In this document: positions 10,117 to 18,649 of the stretch, one piece after another
Position numbering within the stretch: the stretch's first letter is position 1
Layout of the letters: every line of letters starts with the position of its first letter
Source of the DNA: a virus
DNA: 64,000 nt
Virus record (IMG/VR): IMGVR_UViG_3300020048_000058
Reading direction: 5' to 3' (one strand)
Translations under genes and position numbers: made by a program
Notes under the pieces: generated by a model
Told to the model about the DNA's origin: nothing
Database searches by the model: none
The model's input: the letters and a program-made list of their open reading frames with translations, nothing else

Positions 10117-10568
10117 TTGCGAGGGTAATTACAATGTTAATGTCTTACATTTTCCAATTCCAACAATCAAGCAGCATCCCAGTGCCAGCAGACCAAAGCA
10201 TCCAGGCTATATTGGGATTTTTTGGTATTCTATTGAGTGGTAGCAGCGTCATTGGAATCGCCGTTAATAGAATCTTTGACGCTAAAAATATCAAGATAAT
10301 GGTGGAACTTCAGAGTGAAATCAAGTCCCTTCAAAGGGAGGCGAAATATAGGGAGAATGATTTAAGCAGACTTGAAACTGAGAATAACGAACTCAAGGAA
10401 AAGATAGCCGCGTTACAGGAGAAAGCTAACTCTAAATTTTCTGAACAGCTAGTCAATATACAGGAGAAATATCAGCATCTGGCAACGGAACATCAAAAAG
10501 CTATTGCAACAATAAAGAAGCTAAAGGGGGCATCTACCAATACAAGTAACGACGGCAATCAAACCTGA
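10113..10568 (+). CDS. membrane-anchored coiled-coil protein
   Basis: N-terminal TM segment (ILGFFGILLSGSSVIGIAV) followed by heptad-like LQSEIKSLQREAKYRENDLSRLETENNELKEKIAALQEK. Confidence 0.5.
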   Translation: MIARVITMLMSYIFQFQQSSSIPVPADQSIQAILGFFGILLSGSSVIGIAVNRIFDAKNIKIMVELQSEIKSLQREAKYRENDLSRLETENNELKEKIAALQEKANSKFSEQLVNIQEKYQHLATEHQKAIATIKKLKGASTNTSNDGNQT

Positions 10569-10640
10569 GACAATCTCTTACACGGAAGGGCATTAGATTG
10601 TATTTAATGCAACATCAACACCAACACCAACATAGGAATC

Positions 10641-10707
10641 TTATTGATTATTGGGTTATTTTTATTAGTGAAGATATTGGGCTTGTATTATAATATTAAT
10701 AGGCAAT
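10641..10707 (+). promoter_or_regulatory. promoter-like repeat, copy A (TTGGGTTATTTTTATT-GTGAAGATATTGGG-TTGTATTATAAT)
   Basis: About 65 bp, roughly 85% identical to 12077..12143. Contains TATAAT and precedes gene 10735. Confidence 0.5.
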
Positions 10708-10734
10708 TGTAAATCTCGAAACAGTAACAACAAT

Positions 10735-11364
10735 ATGACTGAAGACGCTCTAAGAAAAACATGGGAACATATTGATTTAGTTGTCCGACTGCTAACCTCG
10801 GCTCAGATTGAGTTGATGAAAAGAGCAGTCACCCATGATAGAAGTAAGTTATCATCCCCTGAGTGGGAAATGTTTGCAGAGATTACTCATAAATTAGAGG
10901 GATTAACTTATGGTTCCCCTGAATATGAAAAACAAAGAAAGGAAATGTTAAATAGTGCGCTAGGGCATCACTATGAACATAATAGACATCACCCTGAGTT
11001 TTTTGAGTCAAGAAAACCTAGCAATGTTATTAACAATCATATTCTTACAACCCAATGGGCTATAAAGAATGGCTGTATAATGCCTGATGATATTTTTGGG
11101 TATGAGCAGGTTGAAAATTATCTGATTCAAAAGCAAAATGAGCATCAAAGCTCAATAAATAACATGAACCTTTTTGACATACTTGAGATGTTGATTGATT
11201 GGGTTGCAGCTTGTAATCGTCATGCTGATGGGGATATAAACAAAAGCATTGAGATAAACACGAAAAGATTCAATTTATCTCCACAATTGGTAAACATCTT
11301 TAAAAATACAATTCCCTCTATTAAGGATGGATTTGAGGATTTACATACGCAAAAAGATATTTAA
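10735..11364 (+). CDS. hypothetical protein with HD-like His/Asp metal-binding motifs
   Basis: Motifs THDRSKL and GHHYEHNRHHPEFF. Confidence 0.5.
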   Translation: MTEDALRKTWEHIDLVVRLLTSAQIELMKRAVTHDRSKLSSPEWEMFAEITHKLEGLTYGSPEYEKQRKEMLNSALGHHYEHNRHHPEFFESRKPSNVINNHILTTQWAIKNGCIMPDDIFGYEQVENYLIQKQNEHQSSINNMNLFDILEMLIDWVAACNRHADGDINKSIEINTKRFNLSPQLVNIFKNTIPSIKDGFEDLHTQKDI

Positions 11365-11394
11365 TATTACTGGGGCTGCAAAGCCCTTTTTATT

Positions 11395-11622
11395 ATGAAT
11401 AATTCAACTAAAATTAAACTGATTGCATTGAATAGAGGTGTCACGGCATCCGAGGAAACTTTCACGATTAAGGAATTGAAAGTTAAGTATCCTAAACAAT
11501 GGCTACAATCTCGTAATGATTATCCTGTTTTTATTAATTCGTGTATGGACAAATGGATATCAGAACAGGTAGAATTACAGGTAGAATTGAAGTGGAATGT
11601 TGTTACTTTTGAGGTGGGATGA
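11395..11622 (+). CDS. hypothetical protein
   Basis: 75-aa ORF. Its stop overlaps the next start (GTGGGATGATGG). Confidence 0.45.
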   Translation: MNNSTKIKLIALNRGVTASEETFTIKELKVKYPKQWLQSRNDYPVFINSCMDKWISEQVELQVELKWNVVTFEVG

Positions 11623-12047
11623 TGGATACGGAAGCATTAAAAAATTTAATAACCGAGTACGAGAATGCTACGGATTCAGGGTACAAGATGAGATTAGCTA
11701 ATCAGATGAACGACATTATTAAAAAAGATATCTGGGAACTTCAAGGAAAAATTAGAGAGGAAATGATGTTGCGAATGCAAACAAAAACAGAACAATTAAA
11801 TAATTTAATAGCCAAAACAACGGGAGAAAATACCCAATATGGTTATTGGTATATTGAGTTCAGAGGTCGGTCTGGGTGGTGGGCGGTTTCTGGTATCCCT
11901 GTTAGTTTTGGAGAGAATGGAACATACCTCGGTAAGTCTTATATTGATGCTGTCAGGTCAATTAAAGAATTGTTTCCAGGAAGAAAACCTTTGGTTTCAG
12001 CAATGGTTAATGATGAAATAGGGTGCTATAATAATGATGCACACTGA
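11619..12047 (+). CDS. hypothetical protein
   Basis: 142-aa co-oriented ORF. Confidence 0.5.
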   Translation: MMDTEALKNLITEYENATDSGYKMRLANQMNDIIKKDIWELQGKIREEMMLRMQTKTEQLNNLIAKTTGENTQYGYWYIEFRGRSGWWAVSGIPVSFGENGTYLGKSYIDAVRSIKELFPGRKPLVSAMVNDEIGCYNNDAH

Positions 12048-12076
12048 TAAAATTGGACGACACTAACCCGATGATT

Positions 12077-12143
12077 TATTAATTGTTGGGTTATTTTTAT
12101 TGGTGAAGATATTGGGTTTGTATTATAATATAAATAGACAATG
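12077..12143 (+). promoter_or_regulatory. promoter-like repeat, copy B; TATAAT at 12124..12129 lies only 11 nt before the methylase ATG
   Basis: Near-identical to 10641..10707. Confidence 0.5.
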
Positions 12144-13154
12144 GCAACTAATATTATTATGCTAAATCAAATTATTCATGGGGATTGTTTTGAGGTAATG
12201 AAAGATATTCCTGACAATTCTATTAATTTAATTTGCACCGATCCGCCATATTTTAAAGTTAAAAAAGACAGTTGGGATAGACAATGGGATAAACCCGAAC
12301 ACTTCTTAGAATGGATAGACAGGGCGGCGGAGCAATGGCAAAGAGTCTTAAAACCTAATGGATCATTATATTGTTTTGCCAGTCCCAAAATGTCTGCTAG
12401 GGTTGAGGTTAAGTTGGGAGAAAGGTTAAATATAATTAATCGAGTCACTTGGCAAAAACCACCATTCTCAACTAAGGCGGAAATGTTTGTTAAAGAGGAT
12501 TTAAGGAGATTCTTCCCTACTTCAGAATCAATAATATTCTGTGAACACTACGGAGCAGAAAAAAGGGGGGTTGTTGGGGAGTTTCTAAGAGCTAGGAGAT
12601 TAAAGGCACAAACAACTTGCGATGCCATAGAAAAAACATTAGGATATATAGATAGCAAAGGAAGGGGGTCTCGGCTTTTCTATAGATGGGAGACTGGCGA
12701 CTCCTTGCCGACTAGCGAAGATTTTTGCAACGCACTAAAAGCACTTAGAGATACTCGTCCGCTTGAGGAAATTAAGCGGGAATACGAAGAATTACGCCGT
12801 CCATTCAACGTAACTGCCAATGTTCCCTATACAGATGTTTGGACGTTTCCAACAGTATCAGCTTACAAAGGAAAGCACCCATGCGAGAAGCCATTAGAGC
12901 TAATTAAGCACATTATAAAGTCATCAAGCCGTGAGGGTGATTTAGTTTTAGATCCGTTTTGCGGTAGTGGCACGACGGCAGTAGCCTGCAAAGAATTAAA
13001 TCGTAATTATATTTGTATTGAAAAGGAAAAGGAATATTTTGATATAGCTTGTGATCGCATCTCCCAGCCTAGAGAATATTCAGAAACAGAGTTAGAAATT
13101 ATGGAATTAAATAAACCGGAATTTGAACAATTAAGTTTGTTGGATTTGGTTTGA
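12141..13154 (+). CDS. DNA methyltransferase, N4-C/N6-A beta class
   Basis: Catalytic motif TDPPY near the N-terminus and AdoMet motif DPFCGSGTT near the C-terminus. This circular-permuted order is typical of beta-class amino-methyltransferases. Confidence 0.85.
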   Translation: MATNIIMLNQIIHGDCFEVMKDIPDNSINLICTDPPYFKVKKDSWDRQWDKPEHFLEWIDRAAEQWQRVLKPNGSLYCFASPKMSARVEVKLGERLNIINRVTWQKPPFSTKAEMFVKEDLRRFFPTSESIIFCEHYGAEKRGVVGEFLRARRLKAQTTCDAIEKTLGYIDSKGRGSRLFYRWETGDSLPTSEDFCNALKALRDTRPLEEIKREYEELRRPFNVTANVPYTDVWTFPTVSAYKGKHPCEKPLELIKHIIKSSSREGDLVLDPFCGSGTTAVACKELNRNYICIEKEKEYFDIACDRISQPREYSETELEIMELNKPEFEQLSLLDLV

Positions 13155-13195
13155 GGATTTGGACATCACCAAAAAATAAGATACAATTAATAAAT

Positions 13196-13223
13196 CCCCT
13201 CGCGGTACGGAAATACCCAGGGG
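13196..13223 (+). promoter_or_regulatory. 5'-leader stem-loop CCCCT...AGGGG just downstream of a TACAAT -10 box (13182..13187)
   Basis: Conserved with 60901..60929, which lies upstream of the paralogous gene. Confidence 0.45.
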
Positions 13224-13251
13224 AGGTAACCATTAATTAGGAAATAGCCAC

Positions 13252-13770
13252 ATGAATAATATTATCAGAGCCGAGCGTGCAACTGTCAAGTTTTGTGAGG
13301 GTGTCGAAGTTGACGGGTATTTGTTGCCAGATGGTGAGTTTAGGGTTGGGAAGGTCGGAGCCGCGATCGCCGTGGGGTACGGAAAAGACTGGGTAGGACA
13401 ACTCAAGGGAAAACCACTAAAAGCCTTGCAGGATAAGGGGTTCACCGGGTCTGAAAAACCTGTGCAGCTAAACTCTATCAATGGCGGTGGGACTGAAGCA
13501 AAAACACTTAGTCTCCTTGACTTCAGAAAATTAATTGTTTTTGCAGCAAAGAAGGAAAGACCTGAAGCCGAGGCGTTACTGGATGCTATTGTCGATGTGT
13601 CACTTGAGGATTATTTTAGAATAGCGTTTGGACAGCAAACATTAACCCTAGAGGAAAAGCGCGACAAATTTTTCAAAGCCTATTCAGCGACCATTGACTG
13701 GCTCACAGAAGACCGATCTGACTGGGAACTGATAGCTGAACAGGAAAGGTTTTTACTGAGTCTGAACTAA
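13252..13770 (+). CDS. hypothetical protein, paralogue of 60958..61500
   Basis: MNNIIRAERATVKFCEGVEVDGYLLPDGEFRVGK compares with MTNIIRAERTSVKFCDGVEVEGYLLPSGEFRVGK. The C-terminal EALLDA..EDYFR.AFGQ block is also conserved. Confidence 0.65.
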   Translation: MNNIIRAERATVKFCEGVEVDGYLLPDGEFRVGKVGAAIAVGYGKDWVGQLKGKPLKALQDKGFTGSEKPVQLNSINGGGTEAKTLSLLDFRKLIVFAAKKERPEAEALLDAIVDVSLEDYFRIAFGQQTLTLEEKRDKFFKAYSATIDWLTEDRSDWELIAEQERFLLSLN

Positions 13771-13780
13771 TCAAAAAAAA

Positions 13781-13802
13781 ACCCTCTAAATATTTAGAGG
13801 GT
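13781..13802 (-). terminator. perfect palindromic hairpin ACCCTCTAAATATTTAGAGGGT; a T9 run follows it on the minus strand
   Basis: Read directly. It sits between convergent genes 13252..13770 (+) and 13809.. (-). Confidence 0.7.
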
Positions 13803-13808
13803 TAAAAA

Positions 13809-14000
13809 TTAGAATAATTTTGAACAATCCTTGCATTTCATTCGGCGGCGACCGTGTTCGGTGTAACCGTATTTGACTATCCTATGGCTACCACACCGGG
13901 GGCAACCGTCACCAACAATCAGGGCTTTTGCAAAAAAAGACAGCCTAACACCTCTGATGGGTTGGCAGAATTGCGGACTAGCGCACCCGGAGCTAGGCAA
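13809..14000 (-). CDS. small Zn-ribbon protein (start uncertain; the listed ORF overlaps 13919..14299)
   Basis: CPRCGSHRIVKYGYTEHGRRRMKCKDCSKLF is a CxxC...CxxC ribbon of the type seen in IS1 InsA-like or transposase-like Zn-ribbon proteins. Confidence 0.4.
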   Translation of the reverse strand: MPSSGCASPQFCQPIRGVRLSFFAKALIVGDGCPRCGSHRIVKYGYTEHGRRRMKCKDCSKLF

Positions 14001-14299
14001 TCAGTCCGGTTCACTTTAACGGCGGCTGCTGCTACCAGTCCCGACACTACATAATAAACATCGGGAGACGCAGGGGGGAGTCCCTCAATCTCGCCATATT
14101 GAACGCTTTGGACTGGAATACCTAAAATGGGTTCGGCTTCGGTATTCCCCATCGCCACGCGGGGGATGATTCCCGATGGGGGCAGGGTGAACAATGCGAT
14201 CACGGATTCAGCCGTGAACTGTTTGGTTTTAGGATCTTGAGTTACCCCTTCTTTTGAACAGATGACGATTTGTACGTTAGTGGCGTTGATGATTTTCAT
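13919..14299 (-). CDS. hypothetical protein
   Basis: 126-aa ORF in a minus-strand operon. Confidence 0.5.
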   Translation of the reverse strand: MKIINATNVQIVICSKEGVTQDPKTKQFTAESVIALFTLPPSGIIPRVAMGNTEAEPILGIPVQSVQYGEIEGLPPASPDVYYVVSGLVAAAAVKVNRTDCLAPGALVRNSANPSEVLGCLFLQKP

Positions 14300-14344
14300 T
14301 TGATTTTTTCCTTAGAATAATGTGTCAATGCGACTGCAAATGGG

Positions 14345-15148
14345 TCATATCAGGTCACATTTTCCTACCATTTTGTTTCCGCAAGGGAAATCCGCGCAAA
14401 CGGACTGGTAAACGGGGTTTTTAGTCCCGAAAGCCTTTGTTACAAGCCCCTGCCCATATACAGGGTGATTGACAATGTCACCGACCTTTAACAGCCCTTC
14501 AACGGGTTTATCTAAATTGTCAAGGTATTCTTTGACAACCTTGATTGCCTCTCCATAGAGGTGTTTTCGTTGGTCTGTGTAGACCTTCTCGGTTTTTTCC
14601 GATGGCAAGTCTAACACTGCCAAATCGGTCACAGAATATTCTGTGGTTTCTCCATAGCCTGTCTCATAAGCCACTGTTGTGGCACTGGGAAATTTAGGCT
14701 TCCCTTCCACAGCTTCCCCGAATTGATTTACGGCTTTGGTTGCCATATAGGTGATTGCCACCTGAAATTCGTCAGCCACAAAATGGGCTTTGGGGCCAGA
14801 AACTTCGCCCCATTGAGAAGCACCGCCACGCATTCCATCGGGGGATTCTTTACGACGGGCGGGAGTCGCAGTTTTTTTGTGGCTACCTGTTAATTTTTGA
14901 CAGGTAATAATTTCCTGTCTTTGTTCGTGGGTGACAACCCATTCCAGTTTTGTCACCCGAACTCCGTTCGGTAACGCAGCAACAAATCCGATTGGGTTAA
15001 ACCCATCGTTGCCGTTGTAGACAACTCCATTGTTGTCTACAACAAAGCCTTTTTGCAGGGTTAAGGCGTCACGACTGATGCTGTTGTTCCATTTCCATTC
15101 AGGGGTTTTTTTAGTGACTTTGGTTTTTGCTGTGGTTGCGGTTGTCAT
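14345..15148 (-). CDS. hypothetical protein with a C-terminal Tudor/SH3-like GDIVNHPVYGQGLV motif
   Basis: 267-aa ORF. An AT-rich promoter region lies upstream (15149..15367). Confidence 0.6.
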   Translation of the reverse strand: MTTATTAKTKVTKKTPEWKWNNSISRDALTLQKGFVVDNNGVVYNGNDGFNPIGFVAALPNGVRVTKLEWVVTHEQRQEIITCQKLTGSHKKTATPARRKESPDGMRGGASQWGEVSGPKAHFVADEFQVAITYMATKAVNQFGEAVEGKPKFPSATTVAYETGYGETTEYSVTDLAVLDLPSEKTEKVYTDQRKHLYGEAIKVVKEYLDNLDKPVEGLLKVGDIVNHPVYGQGLVTKAFGTKNPVYQSVCADFPCGNKMVGKCDLI

Positions 15149-15367
15149 GGTGCTTGCTCCGTGTGTTGCTTGCTCCTGTCTACATTTCTAATACTACACA
15201 AAATATCAACAGGTGTCAACAGGTAAAGCAAACTATTTTAGATTTTGTATCCCCCTGATACAAAACGATTGTTTTTTTGATATAATATATATAGAATCAA
15301 TTTTCTATAGTATTGCAATGTCCAGAAGTAATATAGTCCATAATCAACTAATCAAAAGAGTAAAACA

Positions 15368-15532
15368 ATGGAACCCGTACAATTAACGATGGAGCAACAA
15401 TTCAAACTCGCAGTAATCAGGCAAAATGTTGACAGCCTAACCTTGGAACAAGCCAAGGAACACATTATCGAATTGGTCATACAGAGTATGATTAAGGATG
15501 ATTTGATTAAAAATTGGATGAGGATGAAATGA
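15368..15532 (+). CDS. nblA: phycobilisome degradation protein NblA homologue (54 aa, not in the ORF track)
   Basis: MEPVQLTMEQQFKLAVIRQNVDSLTLEQAKEHIIELVIQSM matches the NblA signature (LS.EQQF......V...S.EQA.......Q.M). Its stop overlaps the tmk ATG. Confidence 0.7.
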   Translation: MEPVQLTMEQQFKLAVIRQNVDSLTLEQAKEHIIELVIQSMIKDDLIKNWMRMK

Positions 15533-16134
15533 GTAAATTAATTGTATTTGAAGGCATTGACCGCAGTGGCAAAACCACTCAGATGTCCAGACTCAAGGAA
15601 TACTTAGAAGCGACAACTAGCTTGGCTGTGTGGGCTACCAGAGAACCCTATGGAGAAGATTGCAGGAATAAGATTAAAACCGTCAACCTAAGTCCCCAGG
15701 AACAGCTAGATTTGATTCTTGAAGACAGGCGGGTGCATTGTCATTACATTCGGGAAAAGATGGGAGAATTTGATATTGTTTTATGCGATCGCTTCACCCC
15801 CTCTACACTCGCCTATCAAGGTTACGGCCACGGGATTGACCCTGATATCCTTATCAAAGCTAATGAAGCCGTCACGGGGGGACTAACACCCGATATGGTG
15901 ATTATTTTCGATCTACCAATTCGGGCGGCTGTGGCGAGATTAGAGAATAGACCCCTTGATGCAATTGAAAGAAATATCTTGTTTTTGGAGAGGGTGAGGT
16001 GGGGTTATTTGGACATTGCCAAAAGATACAAATACCACCTGATTAATTCCAATCAGTCATCTGAGTTGGTGTTTAGCAAGGTGGTAAATCAGGTGTTACG
16101 GGCCCTGGAAATTGAGAGCTTGGTTAAGATATAA
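15529..16134 (+). CDS. tmk: thymidylate kinase
   Basis: MSKLIVFEGIDRSGKTTQ P-loop and the DRF motif. The start is taken at ATG 15529 rather than the listed TTG at 15514. Confidence 0.85.
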   Translation: MSKLIVFEGIDRSGKTTQMSRLKEYLEATTSLAVWATREPYGEDCRNKIKTVNLSPQEQLDLILEDRRVHCHYIREKMGEFDIVLCDRFTPSTLAYQGYGHGIDPDILIKANEAVTGGLTPDMVIIFDLPIRAAVARLENRPLDAIERNILFLERVRWGYLDIAKRYKYHLINSNQSSELVFSKVVNQVLRALEIESLVKI

Positions 16135-16273
16135 ATAAAGCAGGGTATTTTGCAACCCTGCTTTTTCTTCCCCTACAAACTCAGGGAATTGGTTGTAGAA
16201 TCGTGTCAATGCTTCCAACTTATTTGGAGCGTCTAAATAGCATTTGTTTCATCTTTTTGATAATGGGTGTGGT

Positions 16274-17161
16274 TTAATCGACACAAGCGCATAGCTTGTT
16301 ATTCTCTCCAGCTTCAATAAGTGCTTTTTCCATCGGGGTTAATGTTCCAACATCTCCCCAAGCGTATTTAGTCCGCCCCAAACCTTTCAAAGACCTTAGA
16401 TCGGCATTTTGTTCCATATCTACTGCCCTTTGATATAGTTCGGGGTGTTTTTCCTTTAGTTCAATAATCTCGCTAATTTTCCGGTTTGGGCAAAAGAAAC
16501 AAGATGATTTTGAAGGAACTGGGAGATTAACGGATCTAATTAGAGCATTGCAGTTTTCTTGGTTTAGACCCCAGTCAATTAAGGGGTATTCTTGTCTGAT
16601 TCCCTCAAAAAGAAAGTCTCTCGTTGATCCGGTTTTGTCTAGCAACCTAGATAATTCTCCCGTATGTATTCCGATTAATTGGCGTGGGGTAGAGGTGATT
16701 TGTTTTTCCTTGCAATAAATTTTTATCCGCTTATGAACTGGTTGAACCTTCCACTTCATTGAACAAGTTGAATATCCATAGGCTTTGCTGGGTAACATAT
16801 TTTTAGTTAAGCATTCTTCTTCAAGATTTGAGTAATCAAACTTTTGTCGTGATGTTCCCATCTGTTTATATTTCACCCATTCAATCCCAGGGAATCCTTC
16901 TACTAAAAGCCAATTAGAAAAAGTCTCTACCCATTCGTAGGTTTCCGGTAGCTCCGCCCCCGTGTCAGCAAACAAGATTAAATCGGGTTTAATCCCTTTC
17001 AGAATCATTGCTATCAACATGGCGGTGCTATTGGTTCCCCCACCATAGGAAACAACGATAGGAGAGTTTGGATCGGGTGCGGGTCTATTCTTTAAAATCC
17101 AAATAGGGTCTTTAGCCTGAACATCAACATGATCACCAAATAAATCCAATTGAGTTGTCAT
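16274..17161 (-). CDS. PAPS reductase-like / PP-loop ATP-pyrophosphatase family protein
   Basis: VVSYGGGTNSTAML is a PP-loop variant. There are C-terminal Cys pairs (SSCFFCPN, LCACVD). Confidence 0.7.
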   Translation of the reverse strand: MTTQLDLFGDHVDVQAKDPIWILKNRPAPDPNSPIVVSYGGGTNSTAMLIAMILKGIKPDLILFADTGAELPETYEWVETFSNWLLVEGFPGIEWVKYKQMGTSRQKFDYSNLEEECLTKNMLPSKAYGYSTCSMKWKVQPVHKRIKIYCKEKQITSTPRQLIGIHTGELSRLLDKTGSTRDFLFEGIRQEYPLIDWGLNQENCNALIRSVNLPVPSKSSCFFCPNRKISEIIELKEKHPELYQRAVDMEQNADLRSLKGLGRTKYAWGDVGTLTPMEKALIEAGENNKLCACVD

Positions 17162-17457
17162 ATAGCAATCCTATTTGAGTTGTAGGGATAAATGAGCCTG
17201 AAACTGGTTAACTGTTTACCAACAAACTACATCGGTAAATGGGGATTATTCACCATCTGGAAATAAATCTGGCAACGACGGGCGGTGGATCGTGGATCTA
17301 AAAAAGCCGAATCCCTTACAGAATCCGGCTTTTACCTCTATCGGAGCGATAGGATTTGAACCTGCGCCCCCTACCACCCCAATGTAGTATCGGTATTGTT
17401 TAATCCTTATATAGTAGGACTTTTGGAAGTTTGGGAACTTGAGATCCCAATTGTTGA

Positions 17458-17748
17458 TCAATCAAATGCTCTTGATTCCCAATATTGTTTCGCAGCTTCC
17501 CACTGTTCAGAAGTAGCAGCGACATGAACCTGATGCCCAATATCACTCTTGGCTTTATGATGGTAGGCGATACAATTAGTCGGAAACCAAGTATCTGCAT
17601 ATTCCGCCATAATTTGAATAACCTCTAGCCCGAACCCGTGGGGGTCATACGATGCTTTATTGTCTGCTTTTCCTTTAGACTGAAAAAATCGAGCGTGTAG
17701 TAGTTTCTCATTCATAAAGTTTCTACTTCCACAACTTGCGCTTTCCAT
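17458..17748 (-). CDS. hypothetical protein
   Basis: 96-aa ORF in a minus-strand operon. A hairpin followed by a T6 run lies downstream at about 17296..17331. Confidence 0.45.
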   Translation of the reverse strand: MESASCGSRNFMNEKLLHARFFQSKGKADNKASYDPHGFGLEVIQIMAEYADTWFPTNCIAYHHKAKSDIGHQVHVAATSEQWEAAKQYWESRAFD

Positions 17749-18002
17749 CCCTTACGGGTCAATGCCAGAGCGTCTCTCGCCGCAACTTCGTTATCTTTGT
17801 ATGTGATAAATTCGTCATCAGGATGGACGGCAATAAAGTCCGCGCCCGTACCTCCTGCATACAAACCTTCTGTGACTTGATCGTTGTAACGATTCCATAG
17901 CTTCACCGCAAATTTTAGTGCCATTGTTTTGTCCTTAATGCTTAATGTCGTTAACTTTTTGCGCGGATTTAAGGCGTCGCGCCCAGCCAAAAACAATACC
18001 AA
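17712..18002 (-). CDS. hypothetical protein
   Basis: 96-aa ORF. An internal ATG (MALKFAVKLW) is possible. Confidence 0.45.
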   Translation of the reverse strand: MVLFLAGRDALNPRKKLTTLSIKDKTMALKFAVKLWNRYNDQVTEGLYAGGTGADFIAVHPDDEFITYKDNEVAARDALALTRKGWKAQVVEVETL

Positions 18003-18005
18003 GAC

Positions 18006-18389
18006 TTAGTTTCCTACAAGAGTAAAGCCGTAAGTCCGTGCCAACTCTTTGGGAGTGCCACTGTCAACAACCAAATGATTGCGATAATAAACATAGGTCT
18101 TTGTCGGAGTTTCTTGGATTAAATGCGTGCGAGTATCATCTTCCCAGTAGTTAAATTTCTTGTTGGCAGTCAGTCCATGTGTAAGATTCATTGATGCGTC
18201 CCAAATTGTTAACTGTATTGGTTTCTCCACAACCGCCACCGCTTTCAGGGCTTCCAACCGACCTTCAAGTTGAGTCAATTCAAAAGCCCACTTCCGAACT
18301 AAAGACCGGACGCGGGCAAACTTGACTATTAAACTGTTCAGTTGAGAAATTCTTTTAGAAAGTTGGTCGGCGGTTGTGGAGTTTTTCAT
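18006..18389 (-). CDS. hypothetical protein
   Basis: 127-aa ORF, first gene of the minus-strand operon. Confidence 0.5.
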   Translation of the reverse strand: MKNSTTADQLSKRISQLNSLIVKFARVRSLVRKWAFELTQLEGRLEALKAVAVVEKPIQLTIWDASMNLTHGLTANKKFNYWEDDTRTHLIQETPTKTYVYYRNHLVVDSGTPKELARTYGFTLVGN

Positions 18390-18460
18390 GTTTTACGCCC
18401 GATTTGACGGCGGCGTCCCTGTTTTGCTTATACTAAATATTGTAGCTACAAAATCAAAAT

Positions 18461-18616
18461 ATGTCAACCCCTAAATCAAAAAAACTTTTCAACCGCCCAA
18501 CCGTTGTCAGGGTGAGGCTTTCAGAAGTTGAGAGGGAGAGGATAGAGGCGATCGCATCTTCAAGAAATCTATCCCTCTCGGAATTGATAAGGTATTGGAT
18601 CAATAATAGAGGATGA
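18461..18616 (+). CDS. small ribbon-helix-helix-like protein (51 aa, not in the ORF track)
   Basis: RPTVVRVRLSEVERERIEAIASSRNLSLSELIRYW fits the beta-strand/helix/helix pattern of RHH/MobC-like proteins. Confidence 0.4.
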   Translation: MSTPKSKKLFNRPTVVRVRLSEVERERIEAIASSRNLSLSELIRYWINNRG

Positions 18617-18649
18617 CGATACAGCTTTCCTTATTCCAGAAAGCAGAAA

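Noticed and set aside
17341-17414. tRNA-like sequence on the minus strand: GCAGGTTCAAATCCTATCGCTCCGA looks like a T-arm (GGTTCAAATCC) plus a 3' acceptor strand.
   Set aside because: I reverse-complemented the upstream 50 nt and found no matching 5' acceptor strand (CGGAGCG), D-arm or anticodon arm. The T-stem itself has a C-A mismatch. This is not a complete tRNA. It could be a tRNA 3' fragment (att-like) or chance. tRNAscan-SE or ARAGORN would settle it.
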